Shown in pieces: positions 8,080-19,746 of a DNA stretch of 49,630 nt; positions within the stretch are counted from its first letter, which is position 1, and every line of letters starts with the position of its first letter. Source of the DNA: Thermostichus sp. DRC_bins_24 (lineage in GTDB: Bacteria; Cyanobacteriota; Cyanobacteriia; Thermostichales; Thermostichaceae); assembly GCA_039794845.1 (NCBI GenBank), contig JAUQVK010000014.1, positions 1 through 49,630 on the forward strand, written 5' to 3'. Below the pieces are notes generated by a model. The model searched no databases. It was not told the DNA's origin and saw only the letters and a list, made by a program, of their open reading frames with translations. The translations under genes and the position numbers were made by a program.

Positions 8080-10611
8080 ATGACTCAGCAATTAACTCTC
8101 GACGGATTGGGATCCGGAGCAAACGGGGGGCCGCGTCAAGGGCGGGTGATTGCCACCGACTTGCAGGGGGAGATGCAGCGCTCCTACCTGGAATACGCCA
8201 TGAGTGTGATTGTGGGGCGGGCTTTGCCGGATGTGCGGGATGGCCTCAAGCCGGTGCACCGCCGCATTCTCTACGCCATGCACGAGCTGGGCCTGACGCC
8301 GGAACGTCCCTATCGCAAATGTGCCCGTGTTGTCGGGGATGTGTTGGGGAAATATCATCCCCACGGGGATCAGGCGGTGTATGACGCGCTGGTACGCATG
8401 GTGCAGGAGTTTTCCAGTCGCTACCCGCTGGTGGCGGGGCATGGCAATTTTGGCTCGGTGGATGATGACCCGCCGGCGGCCATGCGCTATACGGAGTGTC
8501 GGCTGGCGCAGGTGAGCAACACGGCGCTTCTGGATCAGGTGGGGGAAGAGATCGTCGAGTTCATGCCCAATTTCGACGGATCCCAGGCAGAACCCACCGT
8601 CCTGCCGGCCCGTTTGCCGATCTTGCTCCTGAATGGCTCTTCCGGCATTGCCGTGGGCATGGCCACCAATATCCCCCCCCACAACCTGGGGGAGCTGGTG
8701 GATGGCCTACTGGCGTTGATCGATAATCCCGATCTGGAACCGGAGGCCCTGCTGCAGTGGATCCCTGGCCCAGATTTTCCCACCGGCGGGCAAATTGTCG
8801 ATAGCCAAGGGATCCGCGAAGCCTACCTGACCGGGCGAGGATCGATCCCGATGCGGGGGGTAGCCCAATTTGAGGAAATTCAACCGGGCAAAGGTCGCCA
8901 TCGTCGGCCCGCCATCATCATCACGGAGTTCCCCTATCAGGTGAACAAAGCCGCCTGGCTTGAAAAAGTGGCGGAATTGGTCAATCAGGATCGCATCACG
9001 GGCATTGCCGATCTGCGGGATGAATCGGATCGCACCGGCATTCGGGTGGTGGTAGAGCTGAAGCGGGAGGCCAATCCCCAGGCGGTGTTGCAGCAGCTCT
9101 ACAAGCTTACCCCTTTGCAAAGCAACTTTGGGGCGATTTTGTTGGCCTTGGTGAACGGGGAACCGCAACAGCTTACCCTCAAAGGGATCCTGCAACACTT
9201 TTTGGACTTCCGCGAAGCCACCCTGAACCGCATTTTTCGCGCCGATCTACAGCGGGTGCAGCGCAAAGCCGAAGAAGTGGAGGGGATGTTGTTGGCGCTG
9301 GCGGATCTGGATGGGGTGATCGATCTGCTGCGCCGGGCCCCGGATGGCGCCACTGCCAAAGGGCAACTGCAAACCCACCTAGGGTGTACCCCTCAACAGG
9401 CGGATACGATTTTGGCCATGCCCCTGCGCCGCCTGACGGGCTTGGAACGGGAACGCCTGCAACAGGAACATGCGGAATTGCAGGCCCGCATCGAAGAGCT
9501 GCAGGGGCTCCTGGAGGACCGTCGCAAACGCTTAAATTACCTGAAAAAAGAGCTGCGACAGCTGAAGAAAACCCACGCAGATCCCCGGCGGACGCAAATT
9601 CTCTCGGCTTCGGAACTGGAAGCGGAAGTAGCCCAAATCCCCACCGGCGAAGACAGCGAAGACACGCAGTTTTTGCTGCAATTCACCCGCAAAGGGTATG
9701 TGCGTCGCCTTCCCATCCCCGGTCGGCGCTCCCGCAGCAACCCCGCCCACCGGGAACTGGGAGAGGATGGGTTGATCGACCTGGAATCTGTGGCCTTAAA
9801 TCAGGAAATTCTGGTGTTGACTGCCTCCGGCAGAGCCTTTACCGTCCCCGTTGAAGGGATCCCCCTCAGTACCGGCCAATCCCGCGGCGTACCCCTACAA
9901 ACGCTACTGCCGACTCCCGAACCCATCATCGCCACCTTCACGTTGGATCCCAACCAAGTGGAGGCTGCTTTGGTGCTGCTTAGCAAGCAAGGGCGAATCA
10001 AACGGGTGGCGTTGGCGGATTTTGTCGGCCTCACCCAACGGGGATCCACCGCTTTGAAACTGAAGGAGGACGACGAGCTGGGCTGGGCCGCCATTCACGA
10101 TCCCCGACAAGGCGACTGCACAGTTATCCTGGCTACCTCAGGCGGGCGATTGTTACGACTTCCGCTTAACAGTGAGCAAATTCCCCTGATGAGCCGAGTG
10201 GCCATGGGCAACCAGGCTCTACGGTTGGGCCGCAACGAGCAGATCGTTGGGATGGTGCTGCTGCCCCCAGAAGGGATCCTCACCTTGGCCAGCCGGTTGG
10301 GTTACCTGAAGCGCCTTTCCCTCAGCGAGATCCCGACGATGGAACGGGGGAGGGTCGGGGTACAGGCCTTTAAGTTCTCCAGCAAAAACGATGCCTTGGC
10401 GGGCGTGGTGGGGCTTACCCCAGAGCTGGAGCGACAACCACAGCTGCAACTGGATCTCCTGACCGAGTCGGAACGGGTGCATTCTTTCTTGCCCGCCGAC
10501 ATTCCGCTGCAAAATCGAGGCGGTGGCGGATCCCTGCTGGTCAAAGGGGAGCGGGTCAAAGACTTGTGCTTGTTTCGGCCCCGATGGCTGCCGGAAGGCG
10601 TTGCCGGATAA
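8080..10611 (+). CDS. gyrA: Type IIA topoisomerase subunit A (second GyrA / ParC-like paralog)
   Basis: [21 protein letters not shown], catalytic [21 protein letters not shown] and C-terminal pinwheel repeats; ATG at 8080 preferred. Confidence 0.92.
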   Translation: MTQQLTLDGLGSGANGGPRQGRVIATDLQGEMQRSYLEYAMSVIVGRALPDVRDGLKPVHRRILYAMHELGLTPERPYRKCARVVGDVLGKYHPHGDQAVYDALVRMVQEFSSRYPLVAGHGNFGSVDDDPPAAMRYTECRLAQVSNTALLDQVGEEIVEFMPNFDGSQAEPTVLPARLPILLLNGSSGIAVGMATNIPPHNLGELVDGLLALIDNPDLEPEALLQWIPGPDFPTGGQIVDSQGIREAYLTGRGSIPMRGVAQFEEIQPGKGRHRRPAIIITEFPYQVNKAAWLEKVAELVNQDRITGIADLRDESDRTGIRVVVELKREANPQAVLQQLYKLTPLQSNFGAILLALVNGEPQQLTLKGILQHFLDFREATLNRIFRADLQRVQRKAEEVEGMLLALADLDGVIDLLRRAPDGATAKGQLQTHLGCTPQQADTILAMPLRRLTGLERERLQQEHAELQARIEELQGLLEDRRKRLNYLKKELRQLKKTHADPRRTQILSASELEAEVAQIPTGEDSEDTQFLLQFTRKGYVRRLPIPGRRSRSNPAHRELGEDGLIDLESVALNQEILVLTASGRAFTVPVEGIPLSTGQSRGVPLQTLLPTPEPIIATFTLDPNQVEAALVLLSKQGRIKRVALADFVGLTQRGSTALKLKEDDELGWAAIHDPRQGDCTVILATSGGRLLRLPLNSEQIPLMSRVAMGNQALRLGRNEQIVGMVLLPPEGILTLASRLGYLKRLSLSEIPTMERGRVGVQAFKFSSKNDALAGVVGLTPELERQPQLQLDLLTESERVHSFLPADIPLQNRGGGGSLLVKGERVKDLCLFRPRWLPEGVAG

Positions 10612-10651
10612 GAGCTGAGCTTGTCCAGGTGAAGTTCCAATTGGGGAACGG

Positions 10652-11239
10652 CTAGGACTCAGCCTCTTCCCCAGGGGCGGTGGAAGAGACCGGCTTGGGC
10701 GCTGGGTCGGCCTCTGGTGCTTCGGGATGGCGCACCGGCTCGGGAACCGTTCCTCCCGCCTTTAGGATCAAGTACTGCAGGGTTTGGTGCAGTTGCTCCA
10801 GCAGGGCACTGATGGCGTGGCGAAAATCGCCGTGGTCGGCGCTCATCCGTTCCAAGAGGGCGCGAGTCACGTCCTGAAAATCCCTCAGAATCTGCTGTTG
10901 CTGGGCAATGATTTGCACCAGCTGGCTTTGCTCCTTGACCAAATCCCGCAGGCAGGAGCGCAGCTCATCCACTTGGTTCTGCCAAAAGGCCTGCCCTTCC
11001 CGCAATTCCATCACGCTGGTGCGCAGGTCGGCGGTAGAATCCCGTAGGGCTTCGCTGTGGCGGCGTTCGGCTTCCAGTTGTCGTTGTTGCTCTTGCTGTT
11101 GCTGACGCAGTTCGGAGTTGGCCTGGAGGTTGGCTTCCGCGGCTCTGAGCAACCGAGCCAGCCTGGCTTCAGTGGCGGCCCAGCGCTCCTCCGGCAGAAG
11201 TGGTTGACCTTGGCTAACCCGCTTGCGGAAATACTTCAC
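10652..11239 (-). CDS. Hypothetical coiled-coil protein
   Basis: Q/E/R/L-rich heptad pattern with a Pro-rich tail; start uncertain (GTG 11239 chosen). Confidence 0.6.
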   Translation of the reverse strand: MKYFRKRVSQGQPLLPEERWAATEARLARLLRAAEANLQANSELRQQQQEQQRQLEAERRHSEALRDSTADLRTSVMELREGQAFWQNQVDELRSCLRDLVKEQSQLVQIIAQQQQILRDFQDVTRALLERMSADHGDFRHAISALLEQLHQTLQYLILKAGGTVPEPVRHPEAPEADPAPKPVSSTAPGEEAES

Positions 11240-11408
11240 AGTCGCTACACCTTGTATCCAATGGAACCAAAAGCTGGACACAAACCCGCAAGTTGGATCC
11301 GCCCCAGTTGTGCCCCGATCATATACCGAAGCCGAGACGGTGATGGTGTCACACCCCAGGGATCCCGGCAGGCCCTCTAGGATGGAGAGGCACAATTGAG
11401 GTGAAAAG

Positions 11409-12284
11409 ATGTCCTCGTTAGCCAATCAGGTTGTCTTAATCACCGGAGCCTCCGCCGGCATTGGTGAAGCTGTCGCCCTAGAAGCTGCCAAACAAGGGGC
11501 CCGGTTGGTGTTGGCCGCACGTCGAGAAGGGGTGCTGCAAACCGTTAAGGATTTGGTGGTGGGGCGAGGGGCAGAGGCGCTAGTGGTTCCGACGGATATG
11601 GCGGATACGGCCCAGGTGGAGGCCCTGGCCCAGAAAGCTTTGGATCACTTTGGGCGGGTGGATATTCTGGTGAACAATGCCGGCTACGGCCAGATGGGGC
11701 CGGTGGAAGAGGTGGATGTGACGGCGATGCGGCGGCAGTTTGAGGTGAATGTGTTTGGGCTGCACACCCTCACCCGCGCCCTGTTGCCCCAAATGCGGGA
11801 GCGGGGCAGCGGCCGCATCCTCAACCTCAGCTCTGTGGCGGGCCAGATGTCGATGCCCTTCAGCGGCGTTTACAACGCAACCAAATTTGCCGTCGAGGCC
11901 CTCAGCGATGCTCTGCGGGTGGAGGTTGCCCCTTTTGGTATCAAGGTGATCCTGATCGAGCCGGGGCCGGTGGCCACCGAGTTTGGCCGCGTAGCCGAAG
12001 AAACCTTCGGAGCCGTTGTGAACCCGAATGGCCCCTACAAAGCGATTCTGGAAAATGCTGCCGATATGGCCAGCTCTTTTAACAAGATGGCCTGGCCGGT
12101 GGACAAGGTGGTGGAACCGATCCTGAGGGCGATGACCGATCCTCACCCCTCCGATCGCTACACCGCGTTTACAGGGGGCAAGGTGGCTTTGGGGTTGATG
12201 CGGCTGTTGCCCGCGCCTTTGGCCGACCAAATGTGGCGGCGCATCTACAAGCTGGATCAGCTGCGATCCCCTGAATCGGCCTAG
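11409..12284 (+). CDS. Short-chain dehydrogenase/reductase
   Basis: TGASAGIG, NNAG and YNATK catalytic motifs. Confidence 0.93.
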   Translation: MSSLANQVVLITGASAGIGEAVALEAAKQGARLVLAARREGVLQTVKDLVVGRGAEALVVPTDMADTAQVEALAQKALDHFGRVDILVNNAGYGQMGPVEEVDVTAMRRQFEVNVFGLHTLTRALLPQMRERGSGRILNLSSVAGQMSMPFSGVYNATKFAVEALSDALRVEVAPFGIKVILIEPGPVATEFGRVAEETFGAVVNPNGPYKAILENAADMASSFNKMAWPVDKVVEPILRAMTDPHPSDRYTAFTGGKVALGLMRLLPAPLADQMWRRIYKLDQLRSPESA

Positions 12285-12406
12285 AGACAAGCTTTGGGGG
12301 GCACAGGCTCCGGCCGGGATCCCCTCGGATAGGGTTGTATCTCCCTGAGTGGACAAGTTAAGTTTGTTAAAGAACCTTTGATCAACCGGGTGTTGTCTCT
12401 TCAGTT

Positions 12407-14305
12407 ATGAACAAGCCTCAATCTCCTCAGCGCTGGCTTATTGCCCTGGTGCTCGGCTTCTGCCTTTGGCAGGGATCCGGTCTGATGCTGCATCCCGCGC
12501 CCGCCCATGCAGCCTTGGCCTCTGCCCTCACCTATGATCGCTTTTTGCGCTATGTCGAGGAGGGGCGTGTTACGGATGTGCGCCTCACGGATAACAACCA
12601 GGTGGCCGAAGTCACGGCGGTGGATCCCCAAACCCAGAATCCCACCCGCTATCGGGTAAATCTGCTGCCCAACACCGTGCCTCAACTGGTGGATCGCCTC
12701 ACCGCTCAGGGGATCGAGGTGGGGGTGGTGCCTACCCGCGATGGCGGTGCCTTCTGGGCGATTCTCGGGAATCTGCTGATTCCGGTGTTGCTGTTGGGGG
12801 GCTTGTTCTTTTTCCTGCGGCGGGCCAGCGGGGGAGCGAGCGGCCCCGGGCAGGCGATGAACTTCGGCAAATCCCGGGCTCGCTTTCAGATGGAGGCCAA
12901 AACCGGCATTAAGTTTGACGATGTGGCCGGGATCGAAGAAGCCAAGGAAGAATTGCAGGAGGTGGTTACCTTCCTGAAAAAGCCGGAGCGCTTCACGGCG
13001 GTGGGGGCGAAAATCCCGAAAGGGGTGCTCTTGGTAGGCCCGCCGGGAACCGGTAAAACCCTCTTGGCCAAGGCGATTGCGGGCGAAGCGGGGGTGCCCT
13101 TCTTCTCCATTTCCGGTTCTGAATTTGTGGAGATGTTTGTGGGTGTCGGCGCTTCGCGGGTGCGGGATCTGTTTAAGAAGGCCAAAGAAAACGCCCCCTG
13201 CATCATCTTCATCGACGAGATCGACGCGGTCGGTCGGCAACGGGGGGCTGGCATCGGCGGCGGCAACGACGAGCGGGAACAAACCCTGAACCAGCTGCTC
13301 ACGGAAATGGATGGCTTTGAGGGCAACACCGGCATCATCATCATCGCGGCCACCAACCGACCCGATGTACTGGATGCGGCGCTCTTGCGTCCGGGACGTT
13401 TCGACCGCCAGGTGACGGTGGATCGGCCCAGTTTCAAGGGGCGCTACGAGATTCTCCGGGTTCACGCCCGCGACAAAAAGCTGGCGGAGGACGTCAACCT
13501 GGAGGCGATTGCCCGTCGTACCCCTGGCTTTGCCGGTGCGGATTTGGCCAACCTCCTCAACGAAGCGGCGATTTTGGCAGCCCGTCGTCAGCGAATGGCG
13601 ATTACCAACCAAGACATTGACGATGCCATCGACCGCATCACCATTGGTCTCACCAAGCCGCCGTTGTTGGATGGCAAAAGCAAGCGCCTGATCGCCTATC
13701 ACGAGTGCGGCCATGCTCTGCTCATGACCCTGCTGCCCCATGCGGATCCCTTGAACAAGGTGACGATCATTCCCCGTTCCAGCGGTGCTGGGGGCTTCGC
13801 CCAGCAACTGCCCAACGAGGAACAAATCGACTCTGGCCTCTACAGCCGTGCTTGGTTGCTGGATCGAGTGGTTGTTGGCTTTGGCGGGCGTGCTGCCGAG
13901 GATATCGTCTTTGGCTACTCCGAGATCACCACAGGGGCCAGCAACGACCTGCAGCAGAATACGAGCTTAGTTCGCCAGATGGTGACCCGCTTTGGCATGT
14001 CGGAATTGGGGCCGGTGATGTTGGATCCCCCTAACAGTGAGGTGTTTTTGGGCGGTGGCTGGATGAACCGTACCGAATACTCGGAAGATGTGGCGGCCAA
14101 GATCGATCGGCAGGTGCGGCAACTGCTGGAAAGCTGCTACCAGAAGGCCAAGCAAATCTTGATGGAGAACCGTGCCCTTCTGGATCGGCTGGCCGATACC
14201 TTGGTGGAACGGGAAACCCTGGATGGGGACGAGTTCCGGGCAATTGTGGCGGAGTATGTGCCCATTCCCGAGAAGTCTGGGTTGCCCAACCCGAAACTGG
14301 CCTAA
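12407..14305 (+). CDS. ftsH: ATP-dependent zinc metalloprotease FtsH
   Basis: Walker [49 protein letters not shown] zinc motif. Confidence 0.97.
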   Translation: MNKPQSPQRWLIALVLGFCLWQGSGLMLHPAPAHAALASALTYDRFLRYVEEGRVTDVRLTDNNQVAEVTAVDPQTQNPTRYRVNLLPNTVPQLVDRLTAQGIEVGVVPTRDGGAFWAILGNLLIPVLLLGGLFFFLRRASGGASGPGQAMNFGKSRARFQMEAKTGIKFDDVAGIEEAKEELQEVVTFLKKPERFTAVGAKIPKGVLLVGPPGTGKTLLAKAIAGEAGVPFFSISGSEFVEMFVGVGASRVRDLFKKAKENAPCIIFIDEIDAVGRQRGAGIGGGNDEREQTLNQLLTEMDGFEGNTGIIIIAATNRPDVLDAALLRPGRFDRQVTVDRPSFKGRYEILRVHARDKKLAEDVNLEAIARRTPGFAGADLANLLNEAAILAARRQRMAITNQDIDDAIDRITIGLTKPPLLDGKSKRLIAYHECGHALLMTLLPHADPLNKVTIIPRSSGAGGFAQQLPNEEQIDSGLYSRAWLLDRVVVGFGGRAAEDIVFGYSEITTGASNDLQQNTSLVRQMVTRFGMSELGPVMLDPPNSEVFLGGGWMNRTEYSEDVAAKIDRQVRQLLESCYQKAKQILMENRALLDRLADTLVERETLDGDEFRAIVAEYVPIPEKSGLPNPKLA

Positions 14306-14416
14306 GGGATCCCATCGGGATTGTCGGGTTGATTAACTTGGGAGGGTGGTTGTTGGGGTTGGATCCCGGCGGCTGCCCTTTTTCCTCGTTTGGTTCTTGT
14401 TGCGTCGGGTTATCTC

Positions 14417-15238
14417 ATGCTTTCTTCTCTCTCTGCTTTGCCGGTTCACCTCTATCGCTGCCTCAGTTGTGGTCAGGAGGGGTTGGCCCAATCGCCGGGG
14501 CGTGAGCAGGGATCCCGGGCGGATCGGGTGTATTGCCCCAGTTGCGGTCAGCTTTACCCGGTGATGGCCTCTGGAGCGGTGGATTTTATCGGCAACCTAT
14601 CGGATTTGCGCCTGACCCCGGCCCAAGCCATTGCCCATGCCCCTGGGTTTGCCTGGGGCTACGATCATCTGTGGCGGCCCTGGGCGCTATCGCTGCTGAC
14701 GGGGGAGAGTTTTGGGGCCGCGCGAGAGGGCAGGCTGCTGGCGGAATTGGTGGAAGACTGGGATCCCGTCTTGGATTTGGGTACTGCCGGCGGTTACTGG
14801 AGTCGTTTGCTCTTGGAAAGGGATCCCCAACGGACAGTCATCGGCCTGGATAACGCTGCGGGGGTCTTGGTGGAGGCAGCCCAACAGGCCCAACCCCACT
14901 GGCAACACTACAGTCTGATGCGGGCTCGTGCTGAACAACTCCCTCTTGCCTCCGGAACCTTTGGAGCGGTGATCAGTGGTGCAACTTTGAACGAAGTGCC
15001 GTTAGAACCTTCTTTGCGGGAGATAGCCCGCATTTTGCGACCGGGCGGCGTCTTGGTCTCGATGCACAGCCAACAGGTACAGGGATGGGGGCAGACGCTA
15101 CAGCAATGGCTGGGGGCAACCGGCCTCCACTTTTTCTCAGAAGCCCAGCTCCAGGAGCAGTTTCAGCGGGTGGGACTGCAACTGGAGCGTTACCTCAGCT
15201 TTGGTTTGGTGGCTTTTGTGCGGGCAGTACGCGCCTGA
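14417..15238 (+). CDS. Class I SAM-dependent methyltransferase with N-terminal CxxC..CxxC zinc ribbon
   Basis: CLSC..CPSC, VLDLGTAGG, AEQLPL and RILRPGG motifs. Confidence 0.85.
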   Translation: MLSSLSALPVHLYRCLSCGQEGLAQSPGREQGSRADRVYCPSCGQLYPVMASGAVDFIGNLSDLRLTPAQAIAHAPGFAWGYDHLWRPWALSLLTGESFGAAREGRLLAELVEDWDPVLDLGTAGGYWSRLLLERDPQRTVIGLDNAAGVLVEAAQQAQPHWQHYSLMRARAEQLPLASGTFGAVISGATLNEVPLEPSLREIARILRPGGVLVSMHSQQVQGWGQTLQQWLGATGLHFFSEAQLQEQFQRVGLQLERYLSFGLVAFVRAVRA

Positions 15239-15341
15239 CGGTGCTATGCACCTTGCAGAGCAAGAGCAGGTATTCCCGAGCAGTCAGCAAATGGGAAAGT
15301 CTGCCATGTGCAAATAGGCCATAGAGGGCGGGTTACACAAC

Positions 15342-16739
15342 CTAACCCGGTCTTGCCTCAAGTTGACCAGACTGCACGGCTTCCACCAACCGCTGATGGT
15401 CTTGCTCTACCTGGTAAGCGTAGGCTACCGCAAAATCCGTCACTGCCTGATCAAAGGCATGGCTTTTACCTAGGTAACCGCTGATTAGGGCAGAGTCTCC
15501 GGTACGGGCATGGGCGCGGGCTAAGGCAGAGCCACAAATCTCGGCATAATCCTCCAGACTGCGGGCAGACATGCCTTTGAGCTTGATGGCAGTTTTCATG
15601 TCCTTGAGTTGTCGGAAGTAAAAGTCTTGCCCTTGTACGTGGGTTGTCCAACCCAGAAAAATATCGCTAGCCGCCTGCATTAACCGCTGCCCGCTGACAA
15701 TGCGTTGTCCTTCATGGAGATAAGGACTTTTACCTGCATAGGGTTCCAGGACAGAGGGCCGGGCTTCTTTGTATTGCAGCAGCAGCGGCTCGTCATCGCT
15801 GTCTTGCAACAGAGCAACGCCGCAGTGGGTGCCGACACTGCCAACGCCCACAACTTTGAGGGCAACATCGACTAGGCGATAGCGATCGAGTAAAAACTGA
15901 CGATCAACCTGAAGCGTATCTCGGTATTGCTCAAATAAAAGGCTGATCTGCTCAAAATACTCGGCTTGATTGGGTAAATGATAGAGCAAGGGTGGATTGT
16001 CGATGAAGCGGCGTTGTCCATCCACAACTGCGGTTAATTGAGATACAGCCTGATCTAAAGTGCGATTAAAGGCTCTGACAGCCATCTTTTCCCAATGGTT
16101 GCGGGTTTCTTCATCAGGTGCGTGTTCAATCAGCAGATGGGCATCCAGACGGGCATACCAGACTTTCAGCGTTGACATCTGGCTGTACTGGGCCATTGCC
16201 AAGCGATAGGCTCGAGCAGCCGCCATTGCCGCTTCCGAACTGTCCTGATCCGACAGCTGCAACGCTCGACCGGCCAAAATGAAACTGGTGACGAGCCGTT
16301 TGACATCCCATTCCCAGGGAGCCATAAGCGTTTCATCAAAGTCATTCAGGTCAAAAATGAGATTGCGTTCGGGTGTGGCAAATCCGCCAAAGTTCAGTAA
16401 GTGACAATCACCACAGGATTGAACCTTAAGGCCCGTTGTTGGCGTATGGGCCAGATCGGCTGCCATGATGATGGCACTCCCCCGCAAAAAGGCGAATGCA
16501 GACTGCACCATCCGCCAATGTCGAATCGGAATCAGGTTGGGAATGCGCCGCTGATTTGACCTTTCGAGTAATTCCAGTGGGTCGGGGCGATTGCTGGCTG
16601 GTTGCCAGTCTCGGTGGGCGGATCGCGGTACGGTTTGGCGCAGGGCTTTCCCGGCGGCCTGTTGTTCTCGTCGAGTCGCGCTGGCGCTATCACTATGAGT
16701 GTGCGACCGAGAAGTTGAAGGCGAATGATCATTGATCAA
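15342..16739 (-). CDS. DUF2252 domain-containing protein (kinase-like)
   Basis: CGDCHLLNFG, FDLNDFDE, KVVGVGSVGT, QRLMQAASDIFLGW and LARAHARTGD motifs. Confidence 0.88.
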   Translation of the reverse strand: MINDHSPSTSRSHTHSDSASATRREQQAAGKALRQTVPRSAHRDWQPASNRPDPLELLERSNQRRIPNLIPIRHWRMVQSAFAFLRGSAIIMAADLAHTPTTGLKVQSCGDCHLLNFGGFATPERNLIFDLNDFDETLMAPWEWDVKRLVTSFILAGRALQLSDQDSSEAAMAAARAYRLAMAQYSQMSTLKVWYARLDAHLLIEHAPDEETRNHWEKMAVRAFNRTLDQAVSQLTAVVDGQRRFIDNPPLLYHLPNQAEYFEQISLLFEQYRDTLQVDRQFLLDRYRLVDVALKVVGVGSVGTHCGVALLQDSDDEPLLLQYKEARPSVLEPYAGKSPYLHEGQRIVSGQRLMQAASDIFLGWTTHVQGQDFYFRQLKDMKTAIKLKGMSARSLEDYAEICGSALARAHARTGDSALISGYLGKSHAFDQAVTDFAVAYAYQVEQDHQRLVEAVQSGQLEARPG

Positions 16740-16928
16740 GGGGATACAGCCTTTTCCGACTTCACTGAGATCTAAAGTGTAGCCAAACCCCTCTCAGACA
16801 AAGGTGACCCAGAGCCTGGGTTACAAGGATTGATCCACATCGTCTGGAGTCAATAACGCTGGAAAAAGCGGTAAGCCCCTTTTGTCCGTTTCAGCAGAAC
16901 TGGGACGAGGCTACCTTTCCGACAGCTC

Positions 16929-17609
16929 TTAAGCAAAGCGATGGCCCAGCTGCATGGGATCGTGAACGGTGATCTTCTTCTTGTGGATGGAAATGTATTT
17001 TTTCTTGCGCAGTTCCCCCAGTAGGCGGGTGATGGTCACACGGGTAGAACCAATCGCCTCGGCAATGGCCTGGTGAGAAAGCCTGAGATCAATCGTCACC
17101 CCATCCGGGCTGGGCACACCAAAATCGCGGCAGAGGATCAACAAAAAGCTGACCAGACGGGATCCCATATCGCGGTGAGCCAACGTCTCGATCATCATCT
17201 CTGTTTGCAAAATGCGTGAAGATAAGCTCTTGAGCAACAGCATGGAAAGCTCGGCATTCTCCCGCAAAGATTTTTCCACCTGTTCGATCGGCAGAGAAAG
17301 CAATTCGGCAGGAGTAAAGGCCACCGAGTGATAGAAGCGATCGGAGCGCTGCCCCGTGATAAAGGAGAGCACCCCAAAAATGCTGTTTTCTCGCAAAAGG
17401 GCAACGGTGATTTCTTCCCCCATTTCGTACACCCGCGAGAGCTTAACCGCGCCTTTCACCAAAAAGTAAACCCGCTCCGCGGGATCCCCTGGAAAAAAGA
17501 TGGTCTTACCCCGCTCAAACGTCTCGATAACAGGTGGGTATTGATTTCCTCCCAACTGCTTGAAGGCTGTGATCAGAGATTTTTCCGCTACGGCCACCGC
17601 CATACTCAT
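16929..17609 (-). CDS. ntcA: Global nitrogen regulator NtcA
   Basis: [27 protein letters not shown] and [24 protein letters not shown]. Confidence 0.97.
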   Translation of the reverse strand: MSMAVAVAEKSLITAFKQLGGNQYPPVIETFERGKTIFFPGDPAERVYFLVKGAVKLSRVYEMGEEITVALLRENSIFGVLSFITGQRSDRFYHSVAFTPAELLSLPIEQVEKSLRENAELSMLLLKSLSSRILQTEMMIETLAHRDMGSRLVSFLLILCRDFGVPSPDGVTIDLRLSHQAIAEAIGSTRVTITRLLGELRKKKYISIHKKKITVHDPMQLGHRFA

Positions 17610-17713
17610 CAACCTTTTGAGGTCAGTTTATACCTAAGACCAGCCCAGAGGTCTTGGGTTGGGTTGCAACCGTAAGAACCTCAGAAGTCATCACGACGGC
17701 AGATATTCCTATT

Positions 17714-17757
17714 AAGGTAAAAGGTTCTGTTCAGACATCTTTGTAGCACGAGTTACA
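17714..17757 (-). promoter_or_regulatory. NtcA-activated promoter of ntcA (autoregulation)
   Basis: Perfect TGTA-N8-TACA at 17742-17757; TACCTT (TA-N3-T) at 17719-17714 on the - strand, 23 nt beyond the site. Confidence 0.8.
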
Positions 17758-17887
17758 TTTTTAGGTTTCGTTCATGCTCCAAAGGGGGATCCCTGACAAA
17801 AGGTGGGGGTTAGGATGGGGGACATTGTCGTTGGGGAGGCTGTACTCCCTTTCAACGGCAGAGATCGTGACAGGTTGGAAAAGATCC

Positions 17888-19723
17888 GTGGTAGTCTCCG
17901 AGACAGTAGTTGCCGCACCCCTTCGGCTCAGCCGTCAGCACTTCACCGTGCGGATGCCAGAGCCAGCCAATCATCTGTTTGAGGTGGAGCTGCAAATCCA
18001 AGAGGTGGAGCCAGAGGCCCCTTTGCAGCTGCGGCTGCCCGTTTGGACGCCCGGGTCTTATCTGATACGGGAATATGCCCGACATGTGCAGGAGTTTCGG
18101 GCTGAGGATGAGCAAGGGATCCCGTTGCCTTGGCGCAAAATCGACAAAAACACCTGGCAAATCAGGACTCCGCCCCGCCTGCGCGAGCAGCCCCCTTGCG
18201 ATCGTTCCCAAACCGTCTATGTTCGCTATCGGGTTTATGCCTATGAGCTGACGGTACGCACCAACCATCTGGATCTCACCCATGGTTATTTCAACGGGGC
18301 CGCTCTGTTGCTGTATGTGCCAGGGCGAGAGCAGGAACCCCATACTCTGACGGTGATCCCCCCCAAGCCCGATTGGCAGATCGCCACCAGTCTGCGGCCT
18401 TTGCCCTCACCTACGAGCGCGACAGCGGATCCCGGCTCCGGTTGGTCGTTTGTGGCAGAAGACTACGACGAGCTGGTGGATAGCCCGGTGGAGGTGGGCC
18501 TACATCAGGTGCAGTCGTTTGAGGTAGAAGGGATCCCCCATTACTTGGTGGTCTGGGGGGCGGGCAATCTCGATGTGGGACGGGCGGTGGCGGATACCCA
18601 GCAGATTGTTGCCACGACAGCCCACTTCTTTGGGGGGCTGCCCTACGACCGTTACTGGTTCATCGTGCATTTGTCGCCGGGGGGCTTTGGCGGCCTCGAA
18701 CACAAGTACAGCACCACCCTCAACTACTCCCGTCTGGAGTTTCATCAGCCGGAGAAATACCAGCGCTTTTTGTCTTTGGTGGCCCACGAATTTTTCCATA
18801 CCTGGAATGTCAAACGGCTGCGGCCCCTGGCTCTAGAGCGCTTCGACTACAACCAAGAAAATTACCTCGAGTGTCTGTGGTTCTGTGAGGGGGCCACCAG
18901 CTACTACGAGAGCGTGATCCTGCTGCGGGCGGGCCTTCTCACCCCGGCGGCTTTTTTGAAAACCCTGGCTGAGCAAATCGGGCGGTTGCAACGGATCCCC
19001 GGTCGTGCCGTGCAATCGTTGCGCGAATCCAGTTTCGATACCTGGATCAAGCTCTACCGTCCTCACGAAAACAGCCTCAACAGCCAGGTGTCCTATTACC
19101 TGAAGGGGGCTTTGGTCTGCTGGTTGCTGGATCTGCACATTCGCCAGCTCTCCGGCGGCAGGGGATCCCTGGATACCGCCATGCGGGATCTGTGGCACCG
19201 ATTTGGCAAAGAGGAAAAGGGCTATAGCGAGAGCCAACTGCGAGAGGCATTTGAACGGGCAGCAGGAGCAGATCTGAGACAGTTTTTTGCCGCCTATGTG
19301 GATGGTACACAGGAGCTAGACTACAACGCCTATTTGCAGCCCTTTGGCCTCACCCTCAAAGCCCACTTTAGCCAGCCCCACCCCAGCCCTTACTTGGGTC
19401 TGAATTTCAACGGGGAGGGCAATCGCATCAGTTCGGTGGACATGGGATCCCCAGCTCAGCGGGTGGGTATTTGGGCCGGGGATGAACTGGTGGCACTGGA
19501 TGGATTCAAGGTGAGCGCCGCCAACCTACCCGATCGCCTGAAGGCCTACGAGCCCCACCAAGCGGTTTGTCTGAGTGTGTTTCAGGCGGAGCAACTGAAG
19601 AATTTCTGGATCCCGTTGGATCCGCCCCGCCCTGATGTCTACACACTGGAGGGGTTGCCTGAGCTCACCCCGACCCAACAGGCCCTGCAGCAAAACTGGT
19701 TAGGGGCACCCATCGCCCCCTAA
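17888..19723 (+). CDS. M61 family glycyl aminopeptidase with PDZ domain
   Basis: PVWTPGSYLIREY, GGLEH, HEFFHTWN..EG zinc motif and C-terminal PDZ (GSPA..G..AGD); start uncertain. Confidence 0.9.
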   Translation: MVVSETVVAAPLRLSRQHFTVRMPEPANHLFEVELQIQEVEPEAPLQLRLPVWTPGSYLIREYARHVQEFRAEDEQGIPLPWRKIDKNTWQIRTPPRLREQPPCDRSQTVYVRYRVYAYELTVRTNHLDLTHGYFNGAALLLYVPGREQEPHTLTVIPPKPDWQIATSLRPLPSPTSATADPGSGWSFVAEDYDELVDSPVEVGLHQVQSFEVEGIPHYLVVWGAGNLDVGRAVADTQQIVATTAHFFGGLPYDRYWFIVHLSPGGFGGLEHKYSTTLNYSRLEFHQPEKYQRFLSLVAHEFFHTWNVKRLRPLALERFDYNQENYLECLWFCEGATSYYESVILLRAGLLTPAAFLKTLAEQIGRLQRIPGRAVQSLRESSFDTWIKLYRPHENSLNSQVSYYLKGALVCWLLDLHIRQLSGGRGSLDTAMRDLWHRFGKEEKGYSESQLREAFERAAGADLRQFFAAYVDGTQELDYNAYLQPFGLTLKAHFSQPHPSPYLGLNFNGEGNRISSVDMGSPAQRVGIWAGDELVALDGFKVSAANLPDRLKAYEPHQAVCLSVFQAEQLKNFWIPLDPPRPDVYTLEGLPELTPTQQALQQNWLGAPIAP

Positions 19724-19746
19724 GTTCCTGCCAGAGGATCCCTTGG

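Noticed and set aside
12354..12372. RpaB/HLR1 site upstream of ftsH (gttaagtttgttaaag)
   Set aside because: The half-sites are 9 bp apart rather than 10 and match the consensus weakly.
12401..13825. 474-aa antisense ORF over ftsH, and similar shadow ORFs over phnD, ABC-F, gyrA, SDR, serA and GT4
   Set aside because: These mirror-frame ORFs are expected opposite GC-rich conserved genes and show no recognisable motifs.
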